DNA of 64,000 nucleotides, taken from positions 78,678,001-78,742,000 of the forward strand of contig NC_091997.1 of assembly GCF_044704955.1 (NCBI RefSeq). Direction: 5' to 3'. Below, piece after piece: positions 61,811-64,000 of this stretch. The position numbers and the translations under genes were made by a program. Under the pieces are notes generated by a model. It was not told the origin of the DNA and searched no databases. It saw only the letters and a list, made by a program, of their open reading frames with translations. Within the stretch, counting starts at the first letter, position 1; the number at the start of each line of letters is the position of its first letter. Origin of the DNA: Pristiophorus japonicus. Lineage: Eukaryota.

Positions 61811-62810
61811 ATGTACTCGGTGGCTCAGCCCAGCCCTCGGTGCACAGTGCGAGCCCGGATGCGGGCTCCGGGCAGCAGTGAGGTGGCTTCCCGCGGGAGC
61901 GGGGAACAGGCGCTGTCTGAGCACACGGGGACTAGGCGCAGGGTGTGGAAACACAGGCCGCTTGTCGCTCGGTGACCCCCCAGGGGCCGGAGGGCCGCTC
62001 ACGGGCGGCTCCAGCGTTTCCCGCCGCTCTGCTCAAAGTGTGACGGCAGCCCGCTCCTGTTTGAGGGGCGGCGGGGGTGGTATTGTTTCTCATTTTCTGA
62101 AACATTGTTCTCTTTCTGTAACCTAGCTCCTTTTCATTGTTACTATTTAAAGCAAGTGTCCCGCCGCTATGAGCTAACACACTTGCAGTTTCAAGCTCTG
62201 CTCTCCGAAACTTCCGCCATCAACTGAAGCGCGGGCTCCGACCGTTGGCGCTTTTATAGCGGGGCCGCCGCCCACCTGACCGCCGGCGCGAGCAACGCCC
62301 TGGCAACGCCCAGGTAGGCCCCGCCCACCGAGCCGGCGCGCGCCCGGACTCTCCTCCTGCCCGCCAACGCTTAGCCCCGCCTCCTTTCTTTCTCACCCAC
62401 TCCGACACCGCGCACTGCGGCTCCTCCCCGCCCCCGCGCGCCCGCTCTCACTCTCTCTCTCTCTCTCTCAGCCCCGCCCCCCCCTTCCCCTTTCCCTCGC
62501 ACCGCCCCTCCTCCTTCCCGCCTCGCGCGCACAAGCGAACGAAAGAGAAAAGAGCCGCACTTGCGATTGGCCGATCGCCCGGCTGGCGTCATTTGGCACG
62601 CACGTGACCGCTCCTGGCTGCACTCGCTCGAGCGGCGGGGAAGGAGGAGGGAGGCGGTGGTGGCGGTTTGCCGGACAATTCAAAAAAACAAAATGGAGCG
62701 TGGCAGAGCGGCCAATTTCTGAGGTGCGTGCGTGTGTGTGTGTGTGGTGGTGGTGGTGGAAGAAAGGTCAGCGGCTCACAACCGTTTTGAAAGGAGGCGC
62801 CGGGGGGGGA
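61810..62810. promoter_or_regulatory. CpG island, probable bidirectional promoter
   Basis: CpG-dense unique sequence. Minus-strand TATAAAAG (62251-62258) with Inr-like TCAGTT (+1 ~62225). GC boxes, CCAAT (minus, ~62566), E-box CACGTGAC at 62601, YY1-like CAAAATGG at 62689. Plus-strand donor GAG|gtgcgt at 62723/62724. Confidence 0.75.
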
Positions 62811-62914
62811 CTGACTTTGGAAATAGTTATATGTCAAAAATTGTGATTGTTATGGGTGGATTTATGTGGAGGTTTTTTTTGGGGGGTGAAAGAGAAGGAC
62901 ATCGAGGAGCGGTG

Positions 62915-63410
62915 AGGGGGGGAAGGAAGGCTGCCCACCCCACACTGAGGAGGGGGGGGAAGGCTGCCCACCCCACACTGAGGAGGGGGGGAAGGAAGGC
63001 TGCCCACCCCACACTGAGGAGGGGGGGAAGGAAGGCTGCCCACCCCACACTGAGGAGGGGGGGAAGGCTGCCTACCCACACTGAGGAGGGGGGGAAGGAA
63101 GGCTGCCCACCCCACACTGAGGAGGGGGGGAAGGCTGCCTACCCACACTGAGGAGGGGGGGAAGGAAGGCTGCCCACCCCACACTGAGGAGGGGGGGAAG
63201 GCTGCCTACCCACACTGAGGAGGGGGGGAAGGAAGGCTGCCCACCCCACACTGAGGAGGGGGGGAAGGAAGGCTGCCCACCCCACACTGAGGAGGGGGGG
63301 AAGGCTGCCTACCCACACTGAGGAGGGGGGGAAGGAAGGCTGCCCACCCCACACTGAGGAGGGGGGGAAGGCTGCCCACCCCACACTGAGGAGGAGGGGG
63401 GGGGGGAGGG
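62915..63410. repeat. G-rich minisatellite, ~30-35-bp unit CCACACTGAGGAGGGGGG(GAAG)GAAGGCTGCC(C/T)ACC
   Basis: About 14 near-identical tandem units. Confidence 0.95.
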
Positions 63411-64000
63411 CGACAGCCCGGCGAGGAAGGGGTTACACGGGTCCCGGGGATTGCGGGCACCTCGCGCCCCAGGCCGTTGCCATGGTATCCAAAGTGACTG
63501 ACTGCAAGTTTGCAGCAACTTTTTTTGCGCAGACTTTTTTATTATTTTGTCTCTTTTTAAAAAAAAACTTGGATGCGGAGCAGTGCAGGTCGCCCCCCCC
63601 CCCCCTTCCCTCTTATTAATTGTTACAGGGTCCCTCTTCTGTTTGCGGGATTTCTGATTGCAGTTTGCCTTAATAATTGCAGGATTTCTAATGTCTGGGG
63701 TTTCTCACCTGTCTGTGGGGTGTGCGTCTCTCTTATTGCAGTGTCTCCTTGAAGGAAGTCTTGAATTCTTGTGCACTTTTTAAGATCATGTTGCAGCGCA
63801 GAATAGTGTTTATGGATGTAATTCAAGTGGAATTTACTGAGTGTGATTCTCTTTCTCTCCCCCCCCCCCCCCCCCCCCCTCACAAATGTATTGACATTCA
63901 CAGCATTAGCAAGAGTGCTTACAATTCGTGCTGCTTCTTCTTCAGCATAACCAACTCTGCAGAGCAACGTGTCAGTTAGCAGCGTGAATTGTCCCATTGG

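Noticed and set aside
61202-62002. Leu/Phe/Ser-rich ORFs
   Set aside because: They are translations of the (CCTT)n compound repeat.
62915-63410. CRISPR-like regular repeat
   Set aside because: There are no unique spacers or cas genes and the context is vertebrate; it is a minisatellite.

Overview
This is eukaryotic, repeat-rich vertebrate DNA. The repeat content (SacSINE1-like DeuSINEs, HER1-like CR1 LINEs, RTE, L2, Penelope) points to a shark or other cartilaginous fish. Most of the window is nested retrotransposon sequence: several CR1 LINEs, many RTE fragments, L2 3' ends, about 14 DeuSINE copies, a full-length decayed Gypsy LTR element (28827-33560), solo LTRs, Penelope-like fragments with minimal hammerhead ribozyme motifs, and Harbinger-type MITEs plus a transposase fossil. 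No host protein-coding gene could be identified. The window ends in a CpG island that looks like a bidirectional promoter (~61.8-62.8 kb), flanked by a micro/minisatellite on each side. The most unusual items are: a poly(A)-tailed retroposon carrying U2 snRNA stem-loops in permuted order (22804-23024); Penelope hammerheads with a compensatory stem change; a Tx1-like fragment inserted in a chimeric CR1; an RTE with a ~180-240 bp target duplication; and a LINE lacking ORF1 with a tRNA-like head. All family names come from motif recognition by eye, not from database searches.
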